DNA of 63,702 bases, filler included, from Stramenopiles sp. TOSAG23-2 (lineage: Eukaryota), in NCBI GenBank assembly GCA_900128395.1. It is 27 parts of 27 records of this genome, joined end to end, with 100 filler letters (N's around TTAATTAATTAA, not from the genome) between each part and the next. Parts side by side here need not be neighbours in the genome. Positions count along the whole stretch, not along the records: positions 11,438 to 15,147 come from LT651120.1; positions 15,248 to 18,956 come from LT651121.1; positions 19,057 to 22,760 come from LT651122.1; 24 more parts are not named here. One strand, given 5' to 3'. Below the pieces are notes generated by a model, which ran no database searches, was not told where the DNA came from, and was given only the letters and a program-made list of their open reading frames with translations. Shown one piece after another: positions 11,599 to 22,701 of the stretch (the stretch's first letter is position 1; every line of letters begins with the position of its first letter). The translations under genes and the position numbers were made by a program.

Positions 11599-14544
11599 TC
11601 AATCATCTTTCGCCCCACCAATAATATCACATTCTTCCTTTTTATTGAAATCACTATCTTTATATTGTTGAAAGGAAAAATAATCAAAACTATCCTCTCT
11701 AAATAACATTGGTTTTGTCGTTTTATTACCATCACCATCTTCTTCAACATCATAATGTACGACGTCTTCGCCTACATTATTATTACCGCTTGAATCACTT
11801 GATTTACGTTTTCGTTTCTTATTATTAGTAGTAATAGTTGTATTATTATTACTTTTCTTCTTTTTTTTTGATTTATTACTTTTACTTTTTTTTGTTTCAT
11901 CATTAGTTTCTTCCTCTTCGTCACTACTACTGCTGCTACCGCTTGAACTGCTACCATCACTACTAGATGAACTATTGTCATTATTTTTTTTATCATCGAT
12001 TTTCTTACTCGTATTGGTATCTTTCTTGCTGCCGTTGCTGTTGCTACTGCCTGCAGCTAAAGCTTTAGCTTCTTCTTCTTTTAATAGTTGGTCACGCTTA
12101 GCTTGATATGGCGCTTTATCTTCATCTGTTAATGCGCGCCACAATTCACCACTTCGTCGCCTTACTAATCCTACAATTGTTTTTGGCTCCTCGGGGGTAC
12201 CCTTAATTGTTTTTTCGACCTCTTCGCGAATCTTTCGACGATTTTCCCTAAACCACAATGTATATACACCTGGTACAAGTTGCGTCTTCTTTTTCTTACC
12301 ACTGTTGCTTGAACTACTTCGTTTTCGCTTTGATGGGGTTTTATTAGCTTTAGCAAGAATTTTTGCAACTAATTTTGCAGCTGCTTTTGCTTCCCGTGCC
12401 TCTTTAAATTCTTTTGCCCTTTCTTGTGCATTGCATATTACTCTACCTTTATTAAGTTGTTTGCGCATTTCCGTCATATCAACCATACCTTTCGGTATAA
12501 ACGACATGCATTTTTTTAACGCTTTTGTTTTCTCTGTTTTTTGGTGACAATAATCATCAAATTCGTTTTGCCACAAGGTTTCAAAATAATCATTTTGCAC
12601 ATCAATGAAATCGGTATGCGTATCAACAGCTTGAAACAATGCTATCTGCTCAGGTTCATTCCATGTATACCATTCTCGTTTTTCAATTATTTTAAGCAAA
12701 GACGCTGGAGCACCATACGTTTCACTGCCATTTTCTTCCGTAATGTTATTGGCCATTTTGTATTGCTCCATTAAAAATTGAGCTTCACGATTTTTAACCA
12801 ACGAGCTTTTTAGTAATTTTGGTATTTCGTTTATTTCTAAAGGCTTTTTTGTTGTATAAAATTCAGTAAAATGATCCGTCCATGAAATTTCAGCACTTTC
12901 TTTGGCATCCATATCAGCTTTAATATGCCATAACATACCAGCATGGTTCTCTCGAGTCTCAGGAGATGAAAATATCTCCTTCATTTTACTTTCAAAGATT
13001 TCAAGCTTCTTCATTGAGATTTCTTTTGAACGATTGGTTTTCTCACGTAAACGTAATCGTTTCATCTGTTTGCGCACCATTTGGCTTTTATATGGTATAT
13101 GTTTTGTCAATTCATCAATTAAAGATGAAGGAAGTTTATTATCACATAATTTCATAAGAATTGAATCAAGTTTGTAAAGCGCCATGTCTAAACTACTTGG
13201 CAAACGTTTTTCCGCTGCTTTTCTTCCTTTTGCATCCAGGTTTTCAAATACGGGGCCACACATTTCAACTAGACTATTAAATGCTTTCATAATTTCTTCA
13301 TTTTCTCTCCACTCTCGTACAATTATCTGTTTGTTCGGTTGCAAGGATGCTATTAACTTCTTATCTTCTTCACTCAATCCAGTCCTTTTATTTTGTTTCT
13401 CTTTCTTACTACTGCCACTTTTACCTTTACCATTTTTACCTTTTCCTTGATTCACTACTTTTAATTCACCACTATTGACGAAAAAACCTTCATGCACAGT
13501 TTTAACTTGGTCATGTTGATTATCAATCATTTCAATCAATTCAGAATCATCAATAAATGGATCGTACATATCATAATATGTCGCTTGTTTTCGCTTTTTT
13601 TTCTTTTTCTTCGTTGTTTTATTATTGATTGTTGTGGTGATGGTGGTGGTAGTAGTAGTAGTGGTAGATGCCATCTCCGCAGTTCCATCATTTGTAGAAA
13701 TTTTCCCATCGTCTTCGGTTACACTTTCTGCGCTAGTATTTAATTCATCATCATCATCATCATCTTCTGCTTCATCGTCATCATCCTCTCCTTCATCATC
13801 ATCCTCTGCTTCATCATCATCGTTCTCCTCGCCATCAACATCAGCTTCGTCATTATTATCAGTATTTTTCTTACTTTTGACTTTATTTTTCTTATTATCA
13901 TCATCATCATAATCTCCTTCTCCATCATCATCACCATCTTCTTCTTCTTCATTGTCTGATATTATGCGTATTGAACCAGTACTGAATTCAGCTTCTCGTT
14001 GTTCAATTCTTTCAATAACACCAGCAAGTCCTCTAGTTCGAGATTTATTATTATTTTTCTTTTTCTTTTTTCTGATATTCAAAGTGCCATTTATTGTTGA
14101 AACTTCTGTTGTACTGTTACTAGTACCATTGCTTACTAATGTTGGTTGAATCTTTTTTGTTATTTTAGAAAGCATTTTTACACCTTTTCCTGGTGATGTT
14201 ACGATTCCATTGATATTATTGTTTCCATTGCTATGTAAATTTGGTACTGTTGTTGTTGGGCCGTCCACAGACATAAAACCATTTCCATTCATATTATTGT
14301 TGTTATCACTATTTTCGTATCTTTTTTGCAATAAATCCTCAATATCAATTACAACATTTTTACTATCAAGTTCAACAACGAAACGTAAGCAAGATTCTTC
14401 AGCTTTACTGCCTGCACTTTCCTTTGTATAATGGCCATTTGTTTTGCTACCAACATTTAAAATGCCTAAACCATTGTTATTATTGCTGCTATCGTTATTA
14501 GTTTTACCATTTGTTATTTGTTGTATTAAATCTGGTGTTGACAT
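11599..14544 (-). CDS. UBN: Ubinuclein/Hpc2-like histone chaperone subunit (HUN/HRD domain) with a C-terminal HMG box
   Basis: HUN motif YYDMYDPFIDDSEL...GFFVNSGEL, acidic tracts, and an HMG-like segment PGVYTLWFRENRRKI...GELWRALTDEDKAPYQAK. Confidence 0.8.
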   Translation of the reverse strand: MSTPDLIQQITNGKTNNDSSNNNNGLGILNVGSKTNGHYTKESAGSKAEESCLRFVVELDSKNVVIDIEDLLQKRYENSDNNNNMNGNGFMSVDGPTTTVPNLHSNGNNNINGIVTSPGKGVKMLSKITKKIQPTLVSNGTSNSTTEVSTINGTLNIRKKKKKNNNKSRTRGLAGVIERIEQREAEFSTGSIRIISDNEEEEDGDDDGEGDYDDDDNKKNKVKSKKNTDNNDEADVDGEENDDDEAEDDDEGEDDDDEAEDDDDDDELNTSAESVTEDDGKISTNDGTAEMASTTTTTTTTITTTINNKTTKKKKKKRKQATYYDMYDPFIDDSELIEMIDNQHDQVKTVHEGFFVNSGELKVVNQGKGKNGKGKSGSSKKEKQNKRTGLSEEDKKLIASLQPNKQIIVREWRENEEIMKAFNSLVEMCGPVFENLDAKGRKAAEKRLPSSLDMALYKLDSILMKLCDNKLPSSLIDELTKHIPYKSQMVRKQMKRLRLREKTNRSKEISMKKLEIFESKMKEIFSSPETRENHAGMLWHIKADMDAKESAEISWTDHFTEFYTTKKPLEINEIPKLLKSSLVKNREAQFLMEQYKMANNITEENGSETYGAPASLLKIIEKREWYTWNEPEQIALFQAVDTHTDFIDVQNDYFETLWQNEFDDYCHQKTEKTKALKKCMSFIPKGMVDMTEMRKQLNKGRVICNAQERAKEFKEAREAKAAAKLVAKILAKANKTPSKRKRSSSSNSGKKKKTQLVPGVYTLWFRENRRKIREEVEKTIKGTPEEPKTIVGLVRRRSGELWRALTDEDKAPYQAKRDQLLKEEEAKALAAGSSNSNGSKKDTNTSKKIDDKKNNDNSSSSSDGSSSSGSSSSSDEEEETNDETKKSKSNKSKKKKKSNNNTTITTNNKKRKRKSSDSSGNNNVGEDVVHYDVEEDGDGNKTTKPMLFREDSFDYFSFQQYKDSDFNKKEECDIIGGAKDD

Positions 14545-15247
14545 TATGACTTTTTTTTTATTAAATTATTCTTCTTGAACTATTTTTTTTTTCTATGTGT
14601 TATATATATATATATATATCTTATGTACTATATCTTCGTACAGTATTATATCAGAGAAGGGGGTGGGGTAGGGTGGAGAAGAGAAGGGAAGGGAAGGGTA
14701 GAATATTATATATTCTACTTTTTTCGTTTATAGTGTTTTCCTTCTCAGTGACGTATGTAGTCGTCTATTATGTGATACAATATATATGGCGTTTATCAAT
14801 TCAATAGAGGTATAATAGCAACTGAATATCTATTGCTATTCTTCATTTAAAATTCAAAAAAAAATTTCATCATGTTGTTGAAAAAATAATAGTCGTCGTA
14901 CTGTATTAATATACTAATACCAGGTATCTTTGTTATTTGTAAATAGATAGTTTTACTACTAACCACTTACTAGAATAAATTACTACTTACACAAGGAAAA
15001 ATTTCTGAAATCTCGTACATACTTTTTTTAAATATATATTAAGTATATATAATTGTATACTAATATGCCTATTACATTTTTCAAATATTATCATACCACT
15101 GTACAGTATAGCTTTTCTTCTTCTTTTGTGCTCTTCGAAAATGAAAANNNNNNNNNNNNNNNNNNNNNNNNNNNNNNNNNNNNNNNNNNNNTTAATTAAT
15201 TAANNNNNNNNNNNNNNNNNNNNNNNNNNNNNNNNNNNNNNNNNNNN

Positions 15248-15301
<54 letters not shown>
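15248..15301 (+). repeat. (TATC)n microsatellite at contig start
   Basis: Direct run of TATC units. Confidence 0.95.
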
Positions 15302-15302
<1 letters not shown>

Positions 15303-15954
15303 ATATTATTAATAAGAAAGGAGAAAAAAAAAAAAAAAAAAGAAGAAGAAGATATTATTATTTATTATTAATAATAATAATTTGGATCTTATTTATTATA
15401 GCAGATGTGAATTAAATTCGGATATCAAGTGTTATATAGATTATTATTTAAATAAAAAAGAATAAAAATTACCTATTTTTTGTACTTTTTTATACTATAT
15501 TTTAAGCCTATTCTCATATAATACTATTATATAGTAGTTTTGAAAAATGATATAAAATAATATAGTTTTGATATTATTTAATATTATAATAATCGCGTAC
15601 GCTGGAGAGCAGCGGTAAAAACTAGAATAAATAATAATCTATATATTCTTATAATAATATATTTTTATATTTATCATCACACTTGAAACATCATATTTAC
15701 CAATAAATACTGTATTAATATATATCCAATTTTATTGATGATAGAGATTGTTGCCGCTACCTGCAACTAATATAAAATAGAAAAGATATATTCCTAATAT
15801 ACAGAACATATAAGCCTTTCAATCTTTCAATTGATTAAAAATTAATATAAATTACGAAATTGCATATATTAAGATAGGTTTTTTAGTTAGTTATATATAC
15901 ATATTTGTTTGTACGTATATATAATACTTCCCATAAAGTGTATAATTTAATAAA

Positions 15955-17299
15955 ATGAATAATAATAATAATAATAATATGCCGGTGGATCAAGACGAAG
16001 AAAGTGTAATAGACGAGGACGTACTAGAAGCCTTGATAAATCAAGGAGATTATCAACCAAAGTGTCCTTTCATGATTGAATTAAAATTTGATAATTTATC
16101 GTTTCCTCCGCATGATATTTTACATACGCAATACAAGGATAAATCAGGCAATTATAATAAATCTTGTCGTTGTTTCTGTCTTCTAGCTGGAAAGTTACCA
16201 CCAAATACCATTAATCGACATCAATAATAATCACACTCAAGGATCCTACTATTGGCAAGCGGAAGATAAAACTGGGAAGCATATTAAATATCGACACCCA
16301 ATACGTTTTGATAACAATAATAATTATACTGAACTACCATTTAGCACGAAGTTCAAACCAAATTCAAACAAACGAACGTATTGGAGGATATATTATAAGG
16401 AAAATAATGAAGATACCCATAATCAAGCAAGAATTAAAATTTATAGCGACATTTTTTTTGATGCAATTATTGTTATTGGGCATATTAACCAAAAAAAAGG
16501 AACCAATGAAAGTAACAAAAAGAGGCAAAAGTTGCACCCTTGGAGTTATGGTGACATCCATGGAGAAACGAAACTTCGACCTATAACATTCGATATATTT
16601 GCGGTAGGAAATAGTTCATCTAATTCTCCATTAAATGTAATTGGATTGGGAAACGATTCGTCTAATTCTCAACTTGTAATATCGGAATCTAACAAAACTA
16701 ATAATCCACATGTGAATAGTCTATTGGCAAATAATGTAATTGCTAATAATGCAGCATTTAATAAACTTGTTACAGATCAATTAACAGTTTTATCAGATTC
16801 GAAATTAAAAGCTATTATTAAAGAATGCCCAAAGAATGTTTTACATAAAATTATTGATTTACCACTTTACATATATGAATGGAAAAAATCAGGTGATTTA
16901 GATGCTGGATTTATTGCAGAAGATTTATGGAGAATTGGTGTTGCACTTAATATGCCATTAGTACGATTTGAGGATGGAACAAAAGTTACGAAAGATAATA
17001 TACATAAACGTGTCGATGAAAATGGTAAATTCAAAAATGGGAAACGTTTAGTTATTAATACAAATGCATTGAACTCATTAAATATATCATGTATAAAAGA
17101 ATTGCAAAGAAATCAAACTATACTAAAAGAAGACCAAATTAAACATGTATCTGATGTTGCAAAGAAATTAAATCAATTTAAACAACGTATTGAATTATTA
17201 TTTAGCAAACTTCAAAAAGATATTACAGATGTAAAGAAGAAGCAAGATAATTTGAAAATAAAGCATGATGCTTTAGTAGGAGATGTTGATCAATTGTGA
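15955..17299 (+). CDS. MYRF-like protein: putative DNA-binding N-terminal domain + peptidase S74/ICA autoprocessing chaperone + coiled coil (frameshift or intron near 16187-16224)
   Basis: S74 motif LSDSKLK (Ser codon at 16793) followed by LPLYIYEWK..AGFIAEDL..LV...LVIN...I..IKEL. The frame of ORF 16532 is open back to 16187 and contains AIIVIGH, a basic NKKRQKL, W and FAVGNSSSNSPLNVIG, resembling the MYRF DBD-ICA linker. Confidence 0.7.
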
Positions 17300-18956
17300 A
17301 TTGAAGTTGCGGACGACTTAAATGATATCAATCGAAATCAACAACTGTTAGAAGATAAACTAAACCAAGGACAGGAACAGGTCATAACTTTCGAAGGCAA
17401 ATTGACATTTCCTGCATCATCAAAGGCCGTAAAAGAACTATTTAGCCTCTCAAATTCTGAAAGTCCTACACGTGCTGATGAAGTAAACAGGATACCAGAA
17501 AAAGGAAGCAACGGTAAATTTAATTGGCGACAAGAGAATGTGCTAGGCACCGGTAGTTTTGGCGAAGTTTATCTTGGTACTGATATGAATTCTGGAATGT
17601 CGATGGCGGTCAAAAAATTAGTAGTTAGAAATGCTAGCGATAAAAATACAATAATCCAGGAGGTAGAAATATTCCGATGTTTAAACCATAAAAATATAAT
17701 AAAGTATTTTGGCACGGAAGTTGAGACCGTTAATAGTGTATGTAAAGTTTTCATCTTCGCAGAGTATATGCCATGCGGATCGTTGGATGATGTGTTGAAT
17801 AAACATACCGGTTCACTGCCAATTTCGTTGATACAAAGGTACACTATACAAATAGTAGAAGGCTTGATTTATATACATGCCCAAAAAATTATCCATCGGG
17901 ATATAAAACCAGCAAATATTTTGGTAGATCAAAATGGTAACGTAAAATTAGCTGATATTGGTACATCAAAAAAGCTTTTAGGTAATGAAGAAAGTGAAGG
18001 AATGCCAGTTGGAACACCGTACTACATGGCACCAGAAATTATGGGGGAATTGCCGTGTAATGAAAAAGCAGATGTTTGGAGCTTAGGTGGTGCAATTTTA
18101 AAGTTGGCAACAGGTGATCCACCATGGAAGGAGCTAGGGTTTAGAGGCGAACCAATAATCTTGTTATCACATGTGGCGAGGAATCGTAATCTTGTACCAA
18201 AATTACCAGATAAAGATATTTTCTCAGAAGATTTGCAATCGTTTTTGAAAATGTGTTTTCAACATAATGTGGAAAATCGTCCAACATCGACAGATATACG
18301 TATACATCCGTTTTTACAACAGAAACAGAGCCGACAAAAAAACGGATCACCAAGTAATACTATGGAAGTTACTATGGAACAACTTCAAAATATACAAGTA
18401 GGCCTACCTAGCAGTGATCGTAGTACTATTAACAATAACAGCTTTGATAGTAGCGCAACAAGTACATCGCATAAGTTAAATCAACCTGTTTCTAATAATG
18501 ATAATAATGAAATTGGTGATGATGAAACAAAGCAAGATCCGGTGAAGGGCAATCCATTTGGACGAAATGCCAATAATCATGACATCTCTTTTTCAAATTT
18601 TGAACATAACATAGTTGGCCATTCTGAAACGACAAGTTCTAAGAGTACTGAGGAACGTGATGGTATTGATGAAAATGGCATTTCCAATCTCCAGGTAAAT
18701 CAGGTACCTGATATCAGTCAACTTGTACTGTCTGCTGCAATTGACGTAAATCGGGTAGAAAAAGTAAAGCTTCCATTATTTGGCCCACATTTGGTATACA
18801 TGCTGGTCCGGAACAGTATTAAAGACGATGAAAAACGCCGTGCAGAAGTCAGTTCTTGTATATCAATTAATGCCCTATTTAATTTATGTAATATTAAACA
18901 TGAGCCTGATAATTTACCGGATAATATCATGAACAACATACGCTTAATATGCAATG
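17300..18956 (+). CDS. STE11/MAP3K-like Ser/Thr kinase (3'-partial), in frame with the upstream S74 ORF across one TGA
   Basis: LGTGSFGEVYLG, MAVKK, HRDIKPANIL, DIG (in place of DFG), GTPYYMAPE, ADVWSLG. Same frame as 16532-17299, with no stop between 17300 and 17402. Confidence 0.88.
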
Positions 18957-19409
18957 NNNNNNNNNNNNNNNNNNNNNNNNNNNNNNNNNNNNNNNNNNNN
19001 TTAATTAATTAANNNNNNNNNNNNNNNNNNNNNNNNNNNNNNNNNNNNNNNNNNNNAAATCAATATGAAGGGATTAAAGTGTTTACATTTAAATGAGAGA
19101 GGGGAGAGGAGGAAAATTTTTTTTATGAAAAGGGTATTAGAGAGAGATATACACAACTATATGATCAGGAGGATCTTTTAGGGCGAGCGAGGTATGATAT
19201 AAAATTTAAGATAATTTAAAAATTTAAAACACACACCTGTATATTTTTATATCATACCAATATTTATATATACAACTACGCTTTCGTATATATATATATA
19301 TGATATATATGATACAAGTCGCGTATAGTTTTTAGTTCTCCGACTTCTTGCCTTGGTACCACTTTTTTAATAATCATCTTTTCATTCTTCATCTTCTTCT
19401 TCTTCTTCA

Positions 19410-19976
19410 TCATCTACGTATTTCATTACCATGTTCATCATATTTATTTGCAATTCCACCTTTTGAACGTAAAAGTGCAATCATTTCTTGTTTAATTGGA
19501 CTATGATTATATCCATAACAAGTATCCAATGGAGTGTCTCCCTCTTCATCTGTCTTATTAATACTGTTAAGAGTCATATGATGTAACAACAACTGAATCA
19601 ACTCAGTAGTAGTTCTGTTAATTACTGCTAAATGTAATGCATTCCATCCATAACTATCTGCTATATTAGGATCAGCTTCACATTGTTCAATTAAATATTG
19701 AACTAGTTGGAAATCTTCGTTCTCTGCAGCTGCCATTAAAGGTGTACGTTCCAGACCATGACTAATTTTACCGACTTGACTCACCATATCTTTCAATGTC
19801 ATATCATCTCTGTAGCCATTCACATCACGATTAGTAATATACTTGTGAAAAGGATGAAGACTCATAAATAATTCTACATCATCCATACGTCCGTGTTCAC
19901 ATGCACATAGAATAGGTGTTGGTATTTCACCTTCGAGTTCTTCCTCTGTACCATGTGGAAACTCTCTTTTCCCATA
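19410..19976 (-). CDS. Ankyrin-repeat protein (probably 5'-truncated copy of an expanded family)
   Basis: TPLMAAAENEDFQLVQYLI, GWNALHLAV, GDTPLD. The frame extends upstream through KREFPHG..TPILCACEHGRMDDV to a TGA with no earlier ATG. Confidence 0.75.
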   Translation of the reverse strand, partial: YGKREFPHGTEEELEGEIPTPILCACEHGRMDDVELFMSLHPFHKYITNRDVNGYRDDMTLKDMVSQVGKISHGLERTPLMAAAENEDFQLVQYLIEQCEADPNIADSYGWNALHLAVINRTTTELIQLLLHHMTLNSINKTDEEGDTPLDTCYGYNHSPIKQEMIALLRSKGGIANKYDEHGNEIRR

Positions 19977-20274
19977 TCATATAGTGAATAGTTCTAATAG
20001 TGTTAGAGCTAATTTGTTAGTAATAGTGCACCAGGGATCATATACCACCCCTTAATGTAGGAGCACACATTATTATGACATACATCAGGGTATATATTTT
20101 TACATTTTACAGAGCAATGTGATATATACATGTAATGAAAGAAAATCTCACACACCACTATATAATATATATATATACGACGTATAAATTTTTTTTATAC
20201 GGAGCTTCGTATTTTAAAAATAAAAATACTATAAATTTACCGCGCGATGAAGGTAAAATAGAGATTATGAATTC

Positions 20275-22701
20275 TTATGCCTTTTGAAATAACACATCTG
20301 GTGCCTCCCAAGTTGTTTCTCCGGTTGTCACATTGTGATAATAAGGCTTACCCATGTTTTCATCAATATATTCAATCCATTCATTTTCATTATCAATTGC
20401 CATTATAGAACGACGGTTTGGTTTTGAATTTTTATTTAAACTTGGTTTGGGCAGTTGATCTTCAATAGCAAAACCAATTGCTGATTCGCGAATTGGGTTT
20501 AAATGTCGATTTTGAAGTGGATTTAAGTGAAATGTATTTTTATTTTCAGTTTCTTCACTATTGCCACTGTCATTGTAGTCTTTTGGTTTATTACGTTGTT
20601 TTAGTTCAATAGCATTCATATCCCATGTATTTCTATTTTGTAGCTTGATATTATTTTTAAAATCATCTTTTGGCCTTTTAAATATTCGTTTATATACCAC
20701 AAATCCACCATATGATAATGCTACAACGAACAGCAAGGAAACAATTATGGCACTTACTGATGAAGTATTTTTTGAGGTTGCTTCCTCATTGTCATTACCA
20801 CCTGTCTCCTGGTTGTTAACTTCATCATCACCTGAGCTACGAGCTGCATTTCCATTTTCTAACTTTGTGTATTTCTTTTTAACGTTAGGCTGTTGTACAT
20901 TGTCTATGACAGCATTTAAACTTGGTGACTCTTTCTTAATATTTGTTTCAAGAGTGGATTTAAATGTGTCTGCTTTCATGTTAGCTTCAATTTCCTTTGC
21001 TTTAATAGCATCATTAACTTCTACTTCATAAATAATTTCAACAATAGTATTTGACCCAAGTAAATACCTTCGTCTTTTCTCTTCTTCAATAATATTTATG
21101 ATCTTAACCCTTTCTGCTTGTATTCCTAACGAATATGCCAATGCTTTCTCTATATTTTTCTTATTTTCTTCCATTTGTTTCTTCGTCGTCCCGTGGAATT
21201 CAATTTTTTGTTCTACAACAATGGTTTCAATTGCTTCAGCAGGGGGTAAAGTTGTACGAGTTAATGTTGGAGATGCTGTGGTGGAATATTTTGGAGATGT
21301 TGTGACTGGTCTATCATCAGCGGTTGTAGTTGTACATCCACCAACGGTATATGGATCACCATCAGTTGTGCATTTGGTTACAGTTGGATTGTTACCTTCG
21401 TATCCTGATGCACATTGTAAATTTGTAACACCAAAACCATTATCCATCCGTAAACTTGTTTCAGTAATTTGTGAAAAATCGTATCCAATACTATTACTTG
21501 GACTAGGACGTACACAATATGGGATTTTAGTACATCCATTAAGTAAATATGGTTGGCCATCATTTGTACATTTAATTACAGTTGGATTATTACCTTCATA
21601 CCCTGATGCACATTGTAAATTTGTAACATCAAAACCATTATCCATCCGTAAACTTGTTTCAGTAATTTGTGAAAAATCGTATCCAATACTATTACTTGGA
21701 CTAGGACGTACACAATATGGGATTTTAGTACATCCATTAAGTAAATATGGTTGGCCATCATTTGTACATTTAATTACAGTTGGATTATTACCTTCATACC
21801 CTGATGCACATTGTAAATTTGTAACATCAAAACCATTATCCATCCGTAAACTTGTTTCAGTAATTTGTGAAAAATCATATCCAATACTATTACTTGGACT
21901 TGGACGTACACAAGATGGAATTTTAGTACACCCACTAACGGTATATGGATCACCATCATTTGTACATTTAGTTACAGTTAGATTACCTTCGTATCCGGAA
22001 GCACATTTCAGTCCACTAACACTAAATGAACCCATTTTTAAATTTTCATTTACACTTGAATAATCATAACCGGTACTTGTTGTACTTCTTAAACAAGAAG
22101 TTCTGCATAGACATTTTTTGTTATATGTGCAACTTCCAGTATTTGACATATGAACATTAAATTTTAATCTGTTAGCAAAATAATAACATCCGTTTGGATA
22201 ATTCCATCGACCGTCTTTATTGTCATTTTCTGCCGTCTTATCATTGAAACCTAACTCTGTAGCAGCAACTTCACAATCGGATATAGATGTAATACTATAA
22301 TCACATTTTGAACTTCTTTGCGATTTATACAGAGCCGTTGTAGATGTAAGTATTCTCCCTGCCACCTTACAACCAGTAATTGTATACGGCTCGCCGTCTT
22401 TCTTACACATAGTTGCAGTTGGATTATTGCCCTCATATCCAGACGCACATTGTAAATTACTAACATCGAAATAATTACCATCCATTCGTAAACTTGTTTC
22501 AGCAATTTTTGAAAAATCATATCCAATACTTTTGCTTGCACTTGGGCGTATACAATATGAAATTTTAGATTTAGATGAATTTGGTAACGTACCTGTAGTA
22601 GTTATATTTTCCATCAAAGGTGTTGCACTTACAATCGTTGCTGCAAGTAAATAATTTAGTGTCAAGGTGACTATATAGATTCTTTGCGATATTTGTATCA
22701 T
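20275..22701 (-). CDS. Type I membrane protein: signal peptide, Cys-rich 66-aa repeats, stalk, TM, cytoplasmic WW domain
   Basis: Repeats CVRPS..GYDFS....LQCASGYEG....C..DG.PY...GC; TM AIIVSLLFVVALSYGGFVVY; WW motif EWIEYIDENMGKPYYHNVTTGETTWEAP. Confidence 0.85.
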   Translation of the reverse strand: MIQISQRIYIVTLTLNYLLAATIVSATPLMENITTTGTLPNSSKSKISYCIRPSASKSIGYDFSKIAETSLRMDGNYFDVSNLQCASGYEGNNPTATMCKKDGEPYTITGCKVAGRILTSTTALYKSQRSSKCDYSITSISDCEVAATELGFNDKTAENDNKDGRWNYPNGCYYFANRLKFNVHMSNTGSCTYNKKCLCRTSCLRSTTSTGYDYSSVNENLKMGSFSVSGLKCASGYEGNLTVTKCTNDGDPYTVSGCTKIPSCVRPSPSNSIGYDFSQITETSLRMDNGFDVTNLQCASGYEGNNPTVIKCTNDGQPYLLNGCTKIPYCVRPSPSNSIGYDFSQITETSLRMDNGFDVTNLQCASGYEGNNPTVIKCTNDGQPYLLNGCTKIPYCVRPSPSNSIGYDFSQITETSLRMDNGFGVTNLQCASGYEGNNPTVTKCTTDGDPYTVGGCTTTTADDRPVTTSPKYSTTASPTLTRTTLPPAEAIETIVVEQKIEFHGTTKKQMEENKKNIEKALAYSLGIQAERVKIINIIEEEKRRRYLLGSNTIVEIIYEVEVNDAIKAKEIEANMKADTFKSTLETNIKKESPSLNAVIDNVQQPNVKKKYTKLENGNAARSSGDDEVNNQETGGNDNEEATSKNTSSVSAIIVSLLFVVALSYGGFVVYKRIFKRPKDDFKNNIKLQNRNTWDMNAIELKQRNKPKDYNDSGNSEETENKNTFHLNPLQNRHLNPIRESAIGFAIEDQLPKPSLNKNSKPNRRSIMAIDNENEWIEYIDENMGKPYYHNVTTGETTWEAPDVLFQKA

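Noticed and set aside
6534-17299. Stop-codon reassignment suggested by in-frame TAA (6534, 7781) and TGA (17297)
   Set aside because: Several 800-1000-codon ORFs contain no internal stop, and genes end in TAA, TAG and TGA. A reassigned TAA would be frequent in such an AT-rich genome.
17297-17299. Selenocysteine codon
   Set aside because: It lies in a coiled coil with no redox motif. The 3' UTR is outside the contig, so no SECIS can be shown.
16532-17299. Phage tail-fibre gene or prophage
   Set aside because: No other phage genes, host-like Asn-rich composition, and in frame with a eukaryotic kinase.
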